Source: an uncultured Ruficoccus sp. | Lineage (GTDB): Bacteria > Verrucomicrobiota > Verrucomicrobiia > Opitutales > Cerasicoccaceae | Direction of reading: 5' to 3' | Assembly (NCBI GenBank): GCA_965140785.1 | Contig: OZ223519.1 | Location: 288,001 to 352,000, forward strand | Length of the DNA stretch: 64,000 bases | Shown: piece by piece, positions 1 through 19,849 of the stretch | Layout: every line of letters starts with the position of its first letter | How positions within the stretch are numbered: position 1 is the first letter of the stretch | Notes under the pieces: model-generated | What the model saw: the letters and a program-made list of their open reading frames with translations, nothing else | Database searches by the model: none | Told to the model about the DNA's origin: nothing | Translations under genes and position numbers: made by a program

Positions 1-2
1 GG

Positions 3-245
3 ACCCGCATCATCCGCACCTGTATTTTCTGCGCTTCGTTCTGCATTCTGTTCACCGCGCTGGAGATGCTCACGCTCTTCGTCTGTGCCGTGACGGGCTT
101 CGACAACGGGGTCTTCGCCGGGTTGCTCAACATCCTCTCGCTGGTGTGCCTGTGCCTGGCCATGGTGTACTTTATCTTGGACATCTCGCGTTCGCTGGAG
201 GCCATGCAGGCCGATCTCGACCGGGATGTGCCGCCGGTGCCCTGA
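3..245 (+). CDS. C-terminal part of a small membrane protein (DUF2721-like), truncated by the window edge
   Basis: Read by hand: TRIIRTCIFCASFCILFTALEMLTLFV...LVCLCLAMVYFILDISRSLEAMQADLDRDVPPVP*, two hydrophobic helices, TGA at 243-245. Confidence 0.55.
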   Translation, partial: TRIIRTCIFCASFCILFTALEMLTLFVCAVTGFDNGVFAGLLNILSLVCLCLAMVYFILDISRSLEAMQADLDRDVPPVP

Positions 246-339
246 GGTATTGAAGGCCGCGGCGCAGGGTGGGGGCGTGATCGCGTGAAAAACGGTTTGC
301 CAAACGCCCGGTGGGGGGGCACCCTAGCCGTTTTTTCCC

Positions 340-1854
340 ATGAGCGAAGGACAGACAGACAAGACGAGCGATCTTATTGCCGTGCGCCGCAAGAAGCTGG
401 CGGACATGCGGGAGCAGGGGACTGACCCCTTCCGCGCCAACTGGGACCAGACGCATACTTCCAAAACTGCGCTGGCCGCCTACGACGAGTTCGAAAAAAC
501 GCTCCCGCCCGCCGAGTCCGAGGACGCCCACGCTCCCGACGGGCCCGAAGTTTCCGTGGCCGGGCGCATCGTGACCTTCCGCCTCATGGGCAAGGCCAGC
601 TTCGTCAAGATCCTCGACCGCGACGGGCTGATCCAGCTCTACGTCCAGCGCGACGCGCTGCCCGAGGGCCTGTACAACGGCGAGTTCAAGAAGCTCGATC
701 TGGGTGACATCATCGGCGTGCGCGGCCCGCTCTTCCGCACCAAGACCGGCGAGGTCACCGTGCGCGTGCAGGACTACAAGCTCGTTTCGAAGGCCCTGCG
801 CCCGCTTCCGGAGAAATTTCACGGCATTACCGACAGCGAGCAGATTTACCGCCAGCGCTACCTCGACCTGATCTCCAATCACGAGTCCCGCGAGCGTTTC
901 ATCACGCGCAGTAAGATTATTCAGGAGATCCGCAAGTATCTGTGGGGAAAGGATTTTCTCGAAGTCGAGACGCCCAGCCTGCACGGTGTGGCCGGCGGGG
1001 CCGCCGCCCGGCCCTTTATCACGCATTTTAACGCGCTGGACTGCGACTTTTACCTGCGTATCGCCCTGGAGCTGCACCTGAAGCGCCTCCTGGTGGGCGG
1101 CTTCGACCGGGTCTTCGAGCTGGGCCGCGTCTTCCGCAACGAGGGCATCTCCCGCCGCCACAACCCGGAGTTTACCATGCTCGAGGTCTATCAGGCCTAC
1201 ACGGACCACCGGGGTATGATGAAGCTCATCCACGGGCTCCTGCACCATATCTGTGAGAACGTTCTGGGCACCTACCAGATCGAGCGCGCCGACGACGGCG
1301 TGGTGATCGACCTCTCCGGCGACTGGCGCGAGGTCGAGTACTCCACGTTGATCAAGGAAACGACCGGCGATGCAGACTGGTTCAGCCGCTCCCGCGAGGA
1401 CAAGCTGGCCGCCACACAGAAGTTCGGCATCGAGGTCAACCCCGAGGCCGCCGACTACGAGATCACGCAGGATGTTTACGAGAAGATGATCGAGCCCAAG
1501 CTCATCCAGCCGACCTTCGTCACCCGCATCCCGAAGGAGCTGATCCCGCTGGCCAAGCTCAACGCAAGCAACGACGGCACCCTGGATATTTTTGAGCTGG
1601 CCATCAACGGGCAGGAAATCGCCCCGGCTTACTCCGAGCAGAACGACCCGATCCTCCAGCGCGAGATGCTGGAGGCGCAGGTCGGAGAGGAGAAGCAGAA
1701 CCTCGACGAGGACTTCCTCGTGGCCCTCGAGCACGGCATGCCGCCCGCCGGCGGGATGGGCGTCGGCATCGATCGCTTAATTATCCTGTTGACGGGTGCC
1801 GCTAATATCCGCGATACGATTCTGTTTCCGGCCTTGCGTCCGGAAAAAAGCTGA
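340..1854 (+). CDS. lysS: Lysine--tRNA ligase (class II)
   Basis: YRQRYLDLI, GGAAARPF, FRNEG..RHNPEFTMLE and GMPPAGGMGVGIDRL motifs. Confidence 0.98.
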   Translation: MSEGQTDKTSDLIAVRRKKLADMREQGTDPFRANWDQTHTSKTALAAYDEFEKTLPPAESEDAHAPDGPEVSVAGRIVTFRLMGKASFVKILDRDGLIQLYVQRDALPEGLYNGEFKKLDLGDIIGVRGPLFRTKTGEVTVRVQDYKLVSKALRPLPEKFHGITDSEQIYRQRYLDLISNHESRERFITRSKIIQEIRKYLWGKDFLEVETPSLHGVAGGAAARPFITHFNALDCDFYLRIALELHLKRLLVGGFDRVFELGRVFRNEGISRRHNPEFTMLEVYQAYTDHRGMMKLIHGLLHHICENVLGTYQIERADDGVVIDLSGDWREVEYSTLIKETTGDADWFSRSREDKLAATQKFGIEVNPEAADYEITQDVYEKMIEPKLIQPTFVTRIPKELIPLAKLNASNDGTLDIFELAINGQEIAPAYSEQNDPILQREMLEAQVGEEKQNLDEDFLVALEHGMPPAGGMGVGIDRLIILLTGAANIRDTILFPALRPEKS

Positions 1855-1969
1855 TTATCGTTCTTTTCTTTCTCCCCGCACAAAAAAACTGAAAAAACCT
1901 GCAGATAAAGTGTTGACTGTGGATTTTTCGGTGCGCAATGTCTTGCCCTTCATTTTTCCCCTTGTGCGG

Positions 1970-2045
1970 GCCCCGGTAGCTCAGTCGGCAGAGCGCGTCC
2001 TTGGTAAGGACGAGGTCGGCGGTTCGAATCCGCTCTGGGGCTCCA
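1970..2045 (+). tRNA. tRNA-Thr (GGT)
   Basis: GCCCCGG/CTGGGGC acceptor stem, GTCCTTGGTAAGGAC anticodon arm, GGTTCGAATCC T-arm, encoded CCA; 76 nt. Confidence 0.96.
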
Positions 2046-2072
2046 GCATATCTTCAAACACTCAACATCAAC

Positions 2073-3264
<1,192 letters not shown>

Positions 3265-3290
3265 GGACGCAACCGCGTCTGAACTTTTTC

Positions 3291-3325
3291 GCCGGGGCCC
3301 TTGAAAAAGGGTTCCCGGCTTCTTC
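3291..3325 (+). terminator. Stem-loop after tuf (possible terminator or processing site)
   Basis: GCCGGGGCCCTT-GAAA-AAGGGTTCCCGGC followed by TTCTTC. Confidence 0.45.
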
Positions 3326-3356
3326 ATTAACAGAAAGACAGGCAATTTTTAAGCGT

Positions 3357-3432
3357 AGGGCGGTAGTTCAATTGGTAGAGCAGCGGTCTCCAAAACCGCA
3401 AGTTGGGGGTTCGAATCCCTCCCGCCCTGCCA
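3357..3432 (+). tRNA. tRNA-Trp (CCA)
   Basis: AGGGCGG/CCGCCCT acceptor stem, GCGGTCTCCAAAACCGC anticodon arm, TTCGAAT T-loop, CCA end; typical position before secE. Confidence 0.96.
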
Positions 3433-3544
3433 GCTTAGGGCTGGCCTATCCTGATTCGAACACGATTCTCTGAGCCCTTGCTTAATACTGTTGCCGTTTT
3501 TTACCGAAGATTTTTTGACCCGCTAACGCTTGAGCATTTAACCC

Positions 3545-3760
3545 ATGGCCAATCCTTTTTCCAAAATCCGCCTCTTCTTTCAAGAGACCGTGACCGAGGT
3601 CTTCAAGAAGTCGGTTTGGCCGAACTTCAAGGAGCTGAAGGAACTGACCGCCGTGGTCATCATCGCCATTGTCATCCTCGGGGTGTACATCGCGGTGGTT
3701 GACTTCGCGAACTTCAACTTTGTCGCTTTTTTCAGCGACCTCGTCCGCGGCAACAGCTGA
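3545..3760 (+). CDS. secE: Preprotein translocase subunit SecE
   Basis: 71 aa, KKSVWPNFKEL motif plus a single TM helix; lies between tRNA-Trp and nusG. Confidence 0.92.
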   Translation: MANPFSKIRLFFQETVTEVFKKSVWPNFKELKELTAVVIIAIVILGVYIAVVDFANFNFVAFFSDLVRGNS

Positions 3761-3785
3761 GCTCCGCCACTCCACAACTCTGCCC

Positions 3786-4370
3786 ATGACCAGCACCTCA
3801 TCACTTGCCGGTTTGCACTGGTACGCCGTTCACACCCTCTCTAACATGGAGGGGAAGGTTAAGCGCTACCTCGACAAGTTCATCGAAGTCGAGGAGATGG
3901 GTGACTTTATCGAGGAGGTTCTCATGCCGACCGAGACAGTCACCGAGGTCAAGAACGGCAAAAAGAGCCAGAAAACCCGCAAGCTCTATCCCGGCTACCT
4001 GTACATCCGCATGCGCATGTACGACGAGTACGGCAAACTGCTGCACAAACCCTGGTACTTCGTCAAGAGCATCCAGGGCGTCATCGGTTTCCTCGGGGGC
4101 GAAGACGACCGGCCCACGCCGCTCAAGCAGAGTGAGGTCAACACCATCCTCGACCAGGTCAAGGCCGCCGAGGGTGTCGAGAAGCCCAAGATCACCTACG
4201 GAGTGGGTGAAGAGGTCAAAATCACCGACGGTCCGTTCCTCAACCTCATCGGCAAGATCGATGAGGTCGATCCGGAGCGCGGCCGCCTCAAAGTTTCCGT
4301 TTCCATCTTTGGCCGGTTCACCCCGGTCGATCTGGAATACTGGCAAGTCGAACGAGCGGAAGAGTCTTAA
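3786..4370 (+). CDS. nusG: Transcription termination/antitermination factor NusG
   Basis: WYAVHT..., LYPGY, KOW motif VKITDGPF, VSIFGRFTPVDL; ATG at 3786 chosen. Confidence 0.97.
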   Translation: MTSTSSLAGLHWYAVHTLSNMEGKVKRYLDKFIEVEEMGDFIEEVLMPTETVTEVKNGKKSQKTRKLYPGYLYIRMRMYDEYGKLLHKPWYFVKSIQGVIGFLGGEDDRPTPLKQSEVNTILDQVKAAEGVEKPKITYGVGEEVKITDGPFLNLIGKIDEVDPERGRLKVSVSIFGRFTPVDLEYWQVERAEES

Positions 4371-4403
4371 ATCAAGACGGCTCGCTAACACCGCATATAT
4401 ACC

Positions 4404-4829
4404 ATGGCTAAAAAAGTAGTAGGAACCGTACGCTTACAGCTGCCCGCTGGCGCGGCCAACCCGGCACCGCCGGTTGGTCCGGCCCTCGGTGCTGCCGGGG
4501 TCAACATCATGGCCTTCTGTAAGGAATTCAACGCCAAGACCAAGGGCGAGGCCGGCATGATTCTGCCGGTCGTCATCACCGTTTACGCCGACCGGTCTTT
4601 TACCTTCATCACGAAGAGCCCGCCCGCTCCGATTCTGCTGAAGAAGGCCGCTGGCATCGCCAAGGCCTCCGGCACCCCCAACAAGGAAAAAGTTGGCAAG
4701 GTGACCCGTAAGCAGATCCTGGAGATCGTCGAAATCAAAAAGAATGACCTCAACGCCTCGAACCCCGACCACGCCGTGCGCATGATCGAGGGGACTGCCC
4801 GCTCCATGGGCATTGAGGTCGTTGACTAA
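4404..4829 (+). CDS. rplK: 50S ribosomal protein L11
   Basis: [31 protein letters not shown]. Confidence 0.98.
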   Translation: MAKKVVGTVRLQLPAGAANPAPPVGPALGAAGVNIMAFCKEFNAKTKGEAGMILPVVITVYADRSFTFITKSPPAPILLKKAAGIAKASGTPNKEKVGKVTRKQILEIVEIKKNDLNASNPDHAVRMIEGTARSMGIEVVD

Positions 4830-4846
4830 CCCGGTAGGAGGACAGG

Positions 4847-5542
4847 ATGAGCAAAATCAGCAAACGCATGCAATCCGCCACACAGGCCGGAGATCTGAGC
4901 ACGGTATATGGACTGCAGGACGCCATTGAGCTTCTGCAGAAGATGCCCGCCGCCAAGTTCGACGAAACCGTGGAAATTTACGCCCGTCTGGGCGTCAACC
5001 CGAAGCAGTCCGACCAGATGGTCCGCGGCACCGTTTCCCTGCCCAACGGCAGCGGTAAGAAAGTGACCGTCGCCGTCTTCACCGAGGACGCTCAGGCCGC
5101 CCTGGACGCTGGTGCCGAACACGCCGGTCTGGATGACCTGATCGCCAAGGTCAACGAAGGCTGGATGGACTTCGACGTCGCCATCGCCACCCCTTCTGCT
5201 ATGAAGGAAGTGCGCAAGATCGCCCGTGTGCTCGGCCCCCGCGGCCTCATGCCGAACCCCAAGTCCGGCACCGTGACCGAGGACATCGCCAGCGGTATTC
5301 AGGAAGTCAAGGCCGGTCGCGTCGAGTACAAGATGGACAAAACTGCCAACCTCGCCGTCGTCGTGGGCAAGCGCTCCTTCAGCGTTGAGCAGTTGGTCGA
5401 AAACGCCACCACCGCGCTGGACACTATCGCCAAGTCCCGCCCCGAATCCTTCAAGGGCGGCGCCTTCATCAAGAGCGTCACCATCAGCTCGACCATGAGC
5501 CCCGGTGTGAAGGTCGATCCCAAAACCCTCAGCCTCAACTAA
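4847..5542 (+). CDS. rplA: 50S ribosomal protein L1
   Basis: KFDETVE, DQMVRGTVSLP, LGPRGLMPNPK, STMSPG. Confidence 0.98.
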   Translation: MSKISKRMQSATQAGDLSTVYGLQDAIELLQKMPAAKFDETVEIYARLGVNPKQSDQMVRGTVSLPNGSGKKVTVAVFTEDAQAALDAGAEHAGLDDLIAKVNEGWMDFDVAIATPSAMKEVRKIARVLGPRGLMPNPKSGTVTEDIASGIQEVKAGRVEYKMDKTANLAVVVGKRSFSVEQLVENATTALDTIAKSRPESFKGGAFIKSVTISSTMSPGVKVDPKTLSLN

Positions 5543-5547
5543 GCGCC

Positions 5548-6069
5548 ATGAGACCCGAAAAACAGTTTCTCGTCGATGAGGTGAACCAACACCTCGACAA
5601 GTCGGAGTACGTCTTTTTGACGGACTTCAGCCGACTCAACGTGGAAGACACGGCTGAACTGCGTGGCCTCCTGGCCGCCAAGGACGCCGAGTTTCACGTC
5701 GTCAAAAACAACATCTTCAAGGTCGCTTCCCGCGCCCGTGAGCTGCCCGTGGACGAGTCCGTCCTCAACGGCCAGACCGCGATCGTGGTCGGCGGGCCCA
5801 ATCCCTCCGAAGTCGCCAAGGTCCTTTTCAAGTTCTTCAAGGACAAGGAAAAGGTCGAGGTCAAGACCGGCATTCTCGGAGACAAGGCCCTGACCCGCGA
5901 GGAAGTCGAAGCCCTCTCCAAGCTCCCGAGCCTGGAAGCCCTCCGCAGCCAGCTGCTGGGTCTGTTCACGCAGCCGGGTACGCAGATGGTCCGCGTCCTC
6001 ATCGCCGGTCCGCAGGACTTCGTCAACGTCCTGCAGGCCAAGGTCCGCGCCGAAGGCGGCGAAGCATAA
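5548..6069 (+). CDS. rplJ: 50S ribosomal protein L10
   Basis: MRPEK, VVKNN, LSKLPSLEAL; synteny. Confidence 0.95.
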   Translation: MRPEKQFLVDEVNQHLDKSEYVFLTDFSRLNVEDTAELRGLLAAKDAEFHVVKNNIFKVASRARELPVDESVLNGQTAIVVGGPNPSEVAKVLFKFFKDKEKVEVKTGILGDKALTREEVEALSKLPSLEALRSQLLGLFTQPGTQMVRVLIAGPQDFVNVLQAKVRAEGGEA

Positions 6070-6185
6070 TCTCACCTTTCCATTCCGGAAAACACCCAAC
6101 AACGTAAAGATACACAGAGTATCCAATGAACCGTGCAGGGGGGCATCCGCCCCTTAAACCGCCACCTGTCATTCAAGGAAACATC

Positions 6186-6572
6186 ATGAGCGACATCACC
6201 AAGGAACAAGTCATCGACTGGCTCTCCGGCCAGTCCGTTCTCGAAATTGCAGGCCTCGTCAAGGATCTGGAAGAAAAGTGGGGCGTCAGCGCCGCTGCTC
6301 CGGTCGCTGTGGCTGCTGGTCCCGCCGCTGGCGGCGAAGCTGCTGCTCCTGCCGAGGAGAAAACCGAATTCGACGTCATCCTGAAGGCTGCCGGCGGCAA
6401 CAAGATTGCTGTCATTAAGGAAGTCCGTGCCATCACCGGCCTCGGTCTGAAAGAAGCCAAGGAACTGGTCGAAGGTGCCCCGAAGCCCGTCAAGGAAGCC
6501 GTCTCCAAGGAAGAAGCGGCCGATCTTGAAAAGAAGCTCAAGGACGCCGGCGCCGAAGTCGAAGTTAAGTAA
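6186..6572 (+). CDS. rplL: 50S ribosomal protein L7/L12
   Basis: [42 protein letters not shown] at 6186. Confidence 0.98.
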   Translation: MSDITKEQVIDWLSGQSVLEIAGLVKDLEEKWGVSAAAPVAVAAGPAAGGEAAAPAEEKTEFDVILKAAGGNKIAVIKEVRAITGLGLKEAKELVEGAPKPVKEAVSKEEAADLEKKLKDAGAEVEVK

Positions 6573-6627
6573 ATTACGTTTATCGACGATAACGAAATTG
6601 CTAACAACGCTTTCTAATCCGTGGAAA

Positions 6628-6670
6628 AGCGGGCCCGCCTTTGGCGGGTCCGCTCTCTGCGTTTTTTATT
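6628..6670 (+). terminator. Stem-loop (attenuator/terminator) between rplL and rpoB
   Basis: AGCGGGCCCGCC-TTT-GGCGGGTCCGCT with a T-rich tract downstream. Confidence 0.55.
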
Positions 6671-6780
6671 CTATCCAATTAAACGCTGATCTTCACCGGC
6701 ACTGTCCGGCCCCGGCAAGGGTGGGGCAGTCCCGGTGGCGATGAGCACGCCACAGAATTAACAAGCATCCAGGCAGAACC

Positions 6781-10569
<3,789 letters not shown>

Positions 10570-10592
10570 GCACAAGAAGGAGACACACAGCA

Positions 10593-14753
<4,161 letters not shown>

Positions 14754-14775
14754 GCGTTCTCCCGCAAGTTTTTAC

Positions 14776-14806
14776 AAAGGCCGGTCTCAATGACCGGCCT
14801 TTTTTT
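14776..14806 (+). terminator. Rho-independent terminator after rpoC
   Basis: AAAGGCCGGTC-TCAAT-GACCGGCCTTT with a T7 tail. Confidence 0.85.
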
Positions 14807-14852
14807 GTAGCTGGGAACTTACCGGCACGGTGAGAGACTAAAATAGATAGTC

Positions 14853-15440
14853 ATGTCAGCGATTTGTGTGTTTTGCGGAGCCAACGACGGTTGTGATGCG
14901 ATTTATCTGAATGCCGCCGAGAGGGTGGGGCGTCTGATCGCGTCCGAGGGGCATACCCTGGTTTACGGTGGCGGACGGACCGGGCTGATGGGGGCCGTGG
15001 CCAACGCAGCGATCGCCGCTGGCGGTCAGGTCGTCGGCGTCATCACGCATCTGCTTCAGGACAAGGAAATCGCTCACCCCGGGCTGACGGAGCTGCACGT
15101 GGTGGATACCATGCACGAGCGCAAAATGACGATGGCGTCGCGGGCGGACGGCTTTGTGGGGCTGCCGGGTGGCATCGGCACCTTGGAGGAGTTCACCGAA
15201 GTCTTTACCTGGACGCAATTGGGCATCCATCCCAAGGCGTGCGCGTTGCTGGATGTTGACGGCTATTATTCACCGCTGGTCCGATTCTTTAACAATATGG
15301 TGGAGAACGGTTTCCTGCGGCAGGAGCAGTTGGATCAACTGATTGTCGAGGCGGATGAGAAGCGCCTGCTGGAGCGGGTTTTGTCCGAAAAACCGGAAGT
15401 TTTTATGAAATGGATGGACAACGCTTCAGAAATCTATTGA
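14853..15440 (+). CDS. LOG family (TIGR00730-type) nucleotide phosphoribohydrolase
   Basis: ICVFCG, LVYGGG..GLMG, MHERK, LPGGIGTLEE. Confidence 0.92.
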   Translation: MSAICVFCGANDGCDAIYLNAAERVGRLIASEGHTLVYGGGRTGLMGAVANAAIAAGGQVVGVITHLLQDKEIAHPGLTELHVVDTMHERKMTMASRADGFVGLPGGIGTLEEFTEVFTWTQLGIHPKACALLDVDGYYSPLVRFFNNMVENGFLRQEQLDQLIVEADEKRLLERVLSEKPEVFMKWMDNASEIY

Positions 15441-15669
15441 TTTTGGCGGTATATCCAGAGCGGACGAGTTGCTACCCGCTCGGAACCCTAGTATTAGAGC
15501 GGAGTAGCTGTCGCTATTCGCCCCCTGAAAAAAAAGCGAAAAGATTGAAAAAATCGCTTGCATCACAGGGGTGATAGCCTACTCTCTTCGCCTTTCCCGA
15601 AATCCGCAGGATCAGGGCTCAACCTCTGTTTCCCGCGGGTTTTATGTTTTCTAAGCCTACCGATTTTTC

Positions 15670-16053
15670 ATGCCAACGATCAACCAACTCGTCCGGAAAC
15701 CCCGGGTGCTGCAAAAGACCAAGTCGAAATCACCGGCTCTGGTCAGCAACCCGTTTCGCCGTGGTGTCTGCGTGCAGGTTATGACCCGCACGCCGAAGAA
15801 GCCGAACTCCGCCATCCGTAAAGTGGCCAAGGTTCGCCTGACCAGCGGCTACGAAATCATCGCCTACATCCCGGATGAAGGGCACAACCTGCAGGAGCAC
15901 AGCGTGGTCCTCGTCCGTGGCGGTCGTGTTAAGGACCTTCCCGGCGTCCGCTACCACATCGTCCGCGGTACTCTCGACACCCAGGGCGTGGAAAAGCGCC
16001 GTCGCAGCCGCTCCAAGTACGGGGTCAAACGCCCCAAGGACGCTAAAAAGTAA
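15670..16053 (+). CDS. rpsL: 30S ribosomal protein S12
   Basis: [27 protein letters not shown]. Confidence 0.99.
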   Translation: MPTINQLVRKPRVLQKTKSKSPALVSNPFRRGVCVQVMTRTPKKPNSAIRKVAKVRLTSGYEIIAYIPDEGHNLQEHSVVLVRGGRVKDLPGVRYHIVRGTLDTQGVEKRRRSRSKYGVKRPKDAKK

Positions 16054-16067
16054 ATCTTTATATAATC

Positions 16068-16541
16068 ATGTCACGCCGACGCAGAGCCGTTAAACGGGAA
16101 CCCATTCCCGATCCCCGCTATGACAGCACCTTGGTTGCTAGCCTGATCAATCTGGTCATGGCCAAGGGCAAGAAGGCCACCGCCCAGCGCATCGTTTACG
16201 GTGCCTTTGAGCGTGTGAGCGAAAAACTCGAAAAGGGCGACCCGGTCGACCTTCTGTTAGGTGCGCTGGAAAATGCCCGCCCCAAGCTTGAGGTCAAGAG
16301 CCGCCGTGTCGGTGGTGCGACCTATCAGGTACCGATCGAAATTTCCTATGAGCGCCAGCAGAGCCTGGCCTTCCGCTGGATGGTGATCTCGGCCAAGTCC
16401 CGCAAGGGCACGCCGATGCGTGAAGCCCTGGCCCAGGAAATCATCGACGCCTATAATAATACCGGCGTCGTCGTGAAGAAGAAGGAAGAAACCCACCGTA
16501 TGGCCCAGGCCAACCGCGCCTTCGCCCACCTGCGCTGGTAA
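16068..16541 (+). CDS. rpsG: 30S ribosomal protein S7
   Basis: [25 protein letters not shown]. Confidence 0.99.
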   Translation: MSRRRRAVKREPIPDPRYDSTLVASLINLVMAKGKKATAQRIVYGAFERVSEKLEKGDPVDLLLGALENARPKLEVKSRRVGGATYQVPIEISYERQQSLAFRWMVISAKSRKGTPMREALAQEIIDAYNNTGVVVKKKEETHRMAQANRAFAHLRW

Positions 16542-16582
16542 TCGTCCATTTTAAATAAGTAACACCCGACCAATTTTTGGCC

Positions 16583-18751
16583 ATGCCTGCTACCGCAGAC
16601 CTTTCACCCGTCAATTCTCCCAACCGGAAATATCCGCTGGAGTACACCCGCAATATCGGTATTGCGGCCCACATTGACGCGGGCAAAACGACCGTAACCG
16701 AACGCGTCCTCTACTACAGCGGCGTCGTGCACAAGATTGGCGAAGTCCATGAAGGTACGGCTGTGACCGACTGGATGGAGCAGGAGCGCGAGCGTGGTAT
16801 CACCATTACCTCCGCCGCCATTTCCTGCCAGTGGCAGACCAAGTTCGGCCCCTACGACGGCATTGAGCACCGCATCAACATCATCGACACCCCCGGACAC
16901 GTGGACTTCACGGCCGAGGTGGAGCGTTCCCTGCGCGTGCTCGACGGTGCCATCGGTGTGTTCTGCGCGGTGGCCGGTGTCCAGCCCCAGTCCGAAACGG
17001 TCTGGCGCCAGATGGAAAAGTACCACGTTCCCCGCCTCGCCTTCATCAACAAGATGGACCGCACCGGGGCTGATTTCTACGCGGCTGTTGACAGCATCAA
17101 GGAAAAGCTCGGTGGTAACGCCCACCCGATTTATCTCCCCATCGGCGCTGAAGCCGACTTGAGGGGCCTAGTCGACCTCGTCGGCATGCGTGCCGCCATT
17201 TACGACGAATCCGATCCCTCCGGTGTTGCCTTCGAATGGCAGGAAATTCCGGAAGAGATGAAGGAAAAGTCCGCGCAGTATCGCGAACAGCTGATCGAAG
17301 CGCTGGCTGACTTTGACGACGATCTGGCCGAGCGCTACCTTGAAGGTGAAGAGCTCAGCGCCGACGAAATCCGCACGGCCATCCGTAAGGCCACCTTGTC
17401 TCTTAAGTTCCTCGGTGTCATTCCCGGCTCCGCTTTCAAGAACAAGGGTGTGCAGATGATGATGGACGCCGTTGTCGACTACCTGCCTTGCCCGCTGGAC
17501 CTTCCTCCGATGAAGGCCTACGACGAGGACGAAAAGGAAATCGACATCGTCCCCGACGACAACAACGGCAAAGTGGCCGGTCTGGCCTTTAAGCTCTGGA
17601 GCGACCCGTACGTGGGTAAGCTCGTCTTCTTCCGCATGTACTCCGGCACCCTGAATAAGGGCACCGCTCTGTACAACCCGCGCACCCGTAAGACCGAACG
17701 CGTCAGCCGCCTGATGGTTCTGAAGGCCGACTCCCGCGAAGACATTGACACCGCTTACTCCGGTGACATCTGCGCCCTCATCGGGGTCAAGGATGTTGCC
17801 ACCGGGGACACCCTTTGTGACCGCGACCTCGACGTTCAGCTCGAGCCGCCGTCCTTCCCCGAGCCGGTTATCAGCATGTCCATCGAGCCTAATTCCAAGG
17901 CCGACCAGGAAAAACTTTCGATTGGCCTGCAGCGCCTGAAGGAAGAAGACCCGACCTTCAACGTCTTCACCGACGAAGAAACCGGCCAGACGATCATTGC
18001 CGGGATGGGCGAGCTTCACCTCGACATTATCCGCGACCGTCTCTTCCGTGAGTTCAAGGTCGAAGCCACCGCCGGTAAGCCGCAGATCGCCTACCGCGAA
18101 TCCATCACCAAGGAAGCCGACGGCGAAGGCAAGTTTGTCCGCCAGTCCGGTGGTCGTGGCCAGTACGGCCACGCGGTGATCAAGCTCGAGCCGAACGAAA
18201 AGGGCAAGGGCATCGAGGTCATCAACGAAATTGTTGGTGGTTCTATCCCCAAGGAGTACATCAAGCCGCTGTCCGACGGTATCGTCGAAGCCTCCTCCAA
18301 CGGTACCATCGCCGGTTACCCGGTGATCGACTGGAAGGTCCGCATCGTCGATGGCTCTTTCCACGAAGTGGACTCCTCGGAAATGGCCTTTAAGATGGCC
18401 GGTATTTTCGCCTTTAAGGACGCCATGGGCAAGGCTGGTCCCCAGCTGCTTGAGCCGATCATGTCCGTCGAGGTGACCACCCCGGACGAATACCAGGGTG
18501 ACATCGTGGGCGACATCAACCGTCGCCGTGGTCAAATCCAGTCCATGGAAGCCGGCCGTGGTGGCGTTACCGTCATCTCCTCGAATGTGCCGCTCGAAAC
18601 CATGTTTGGTTACGCCACCGACGTTCGTTCTCTTTCCAAGGGGCGTGCCAACTACGCCATGACGCCGTCACACTTCGATACCGTTCCCGCCAGTGTTCTG
18701 AACTCGATCGTGGAATCCTCCCCGCACAAGAACAAGGCCGCACGCAGCTAA
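16583..18751 (+). CDS. fusA: Elongation factor G
   Basis: [50 protein letters not shown]; start ATG 16583 (or TTG 16577). Confidence 0.99.
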   Translation: MPATADLSPVNSPNRKYPLEYTRNIGIAAHIDAGKTTVTERVLYYSGVVHKIGEVHEGTAVTDWMEQERERGITITSAAISCQWQTKFGPYDGIEHRINIIDTPGHVDFTAEVERSLRVLDGAIGVFCAVAGVQPQSETVWRQMEKYHVPRLAFINKMDRTGADFYAAVDSIKEKLGGNAHPIYLPIGAEADLRGLVDLVGMRAAIYDESDPSGVAFEWQEIPEEMKEKSAQYREQLIEALADFDDDLAERYLEGEELSADEIRTAIRKATLSLKFLGVIPGSAFKNKGVQMMMDAVVDYLPCPLDLPPMKAYDEDEKEIDIVPDDNNGKVAGLAFKLWSDPYVGKLVFFRMYSGTLNKGTALYNPRTRKTERVSRLMVLKADSREDIDTAYSGDICALIGVKDVATGDTLCDRDLDVQLEPPSFPEPVISMSIEPNSKADQEKLSIGLQRLKEEDPTFNVFTDEETGQTIIAGMGELHLDIIRDRLFREFKVEATAGKPQIAYRESITKEADGEGKFVRQSGGRGQYGHAVIKLEPNEKGKGIEVINEIVGGSIPKEYIKPLSDGIVEASSNGTIAGYPVIDWKVRIVDGSFHEVDSSEMAFKMAGIFAFKDAMGKAGPQLLEPIMSVEVTTPDEYQGDIVGDINRRRGQIQSMEAGRGGVTVISSNVPLETMFGYATDVRSLSKGRANYAMTPSHFDTVPASVLNSIVESSPHKNKAARS

Positions 18752-18772
18752 GCACTTTAAATCCTTACCGTA

Positions 18773-19081
18773 ATGACCGGACAACGCATACGCATTAAAC
18801 TCAAGGGATTCGACTTTCGCGTCATCGACCAGTCGGCGACCGACATCGTGGAAACCGCCAAGCGCTCCGGCGCCCGTGTGAGTGGCCCCGTGCCGCTGCC
18901 GACCCGCATCGAAAAGCTTTCCGTCAACCGCTCCCCGCACGTGGACAAGAAGTCCATGGAGCAGTTCGAACTGCGCACACACAAGCGCCTGATCGACATC
19001 ATGGAACCGACCGCCCAGACGGTGGACGAGCTCAAGAAGCTCAATCTCCCCGCCGGTGTGGACATCACCATCAACGTTTAA
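18773..19081 (+). CDS. rpsJ: 30S ribosomal protein S10
   Basis: [29 protein letters not shown]. Confidence 0.99.
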   Translation: MTGQRIRIKLKGFDFRVIDQSATDIVETAKRSGARVSGPVPLPTRIEKLSVNRSPHVDKKSMEQFELRTHKRLIDIMEPTAQTVDELKKLNLPAGVDITINV

Positions 19082-19187
19082 TCCAGACTTTTACTTCCTT
19101 CGAGAAGCAACTTTCTAAACAACATTTAACCCCTCACGCAGGTCTAGGAAACGGGAGCCGGAAACGGTTTCCACCTGCCAATGAGCT

Positions 19188-19832
19188 ATGAGCCTGACAC
19201 TGATTGGTAAAAAAATCGGGATGACCCAAGTATATGACGGTGAGAACCGTCTCATCCCGGTCACTGTAGTGCAAGCCGGCCCCTGCCCGGTCCTTCAAAT
19301 TAAGACCTCCGACGGTAAGGACGGTTACGACGCCATCCAGATTGGCTTCGGAGTGGACCAGAAGGCCCACCGCGTCGCCAAGCCCTTACAGGGGCACCTG
19401 AAAAAGGCCGGCGTCGAAGCGGTCACCGACATTTGCGAATTTATCCCCGACGGGGAAGAAGTCAGCCTCGGCGACGCCCTCACGGTTACCCGTTTCGAGG
19501 AAGGCCAGAAGGTCGATGTCATCGGCACGACCAAGGGTAAGGGCTTCCAGGGCGTCATGAAGCGCCACGGCTTCGCCGGTTCTCCGGCCAGCCACGGTTC
19601 GATGATGCACCGCCGCGGTGGTTCTTACGGCATGTGCCAGTGGCCCGGTGAGGTCATCAAGGGCAAAAAGATGCCCGGCCACATGGGCAACGCCCGTCGC
19701 ACGACGCAGAATCTCGACGTCGTCCGCATCATTGAGGACCAAAACCTGATCCTGATTCGCGGCAGCGTGCACGGCCCCAAGGGCGGCACGGTGTTCATCC
19801 GCAAGGCGATCAAAAGCAAAAAGCAGCAGTAG
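19188..19832 (+). CDS. rplC: 50S ribosomal protein L3
   Basis: GKKIGMTQ, KGKGFQGVMKRHGF, KMPGHMG. Confidence 0.98.
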   Translation: MSLTLIGKKIGMTQVYDGENRLIPVTVVQAGPCPVLQIKTSDGKDGYDAIQIGFGVDQKAHRVAKPLQGHLKKAGVEAVTDICEFIPDGEEVSLGDALTVTRFEEGQKVDVIGTTKGKGFQGVMKRHGFAGSPASHGSMMHRRGGSYGMCQWPGEVIKGKKMPGHMGNARRTTQNLDVVRIIEDQNLILIRGSVHGPKGGTVFIRKAIKSKKQQ

Positions 19833-19849
19833 GGAAGGGGACGCCAGCT

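Noticed and set aside
15457..15520. GAGCGG/CCGCTC alternative pairings downstream of the LOG gene
   Set aside because: Short, single copy in the window and no recognisable RNA family; not supportable
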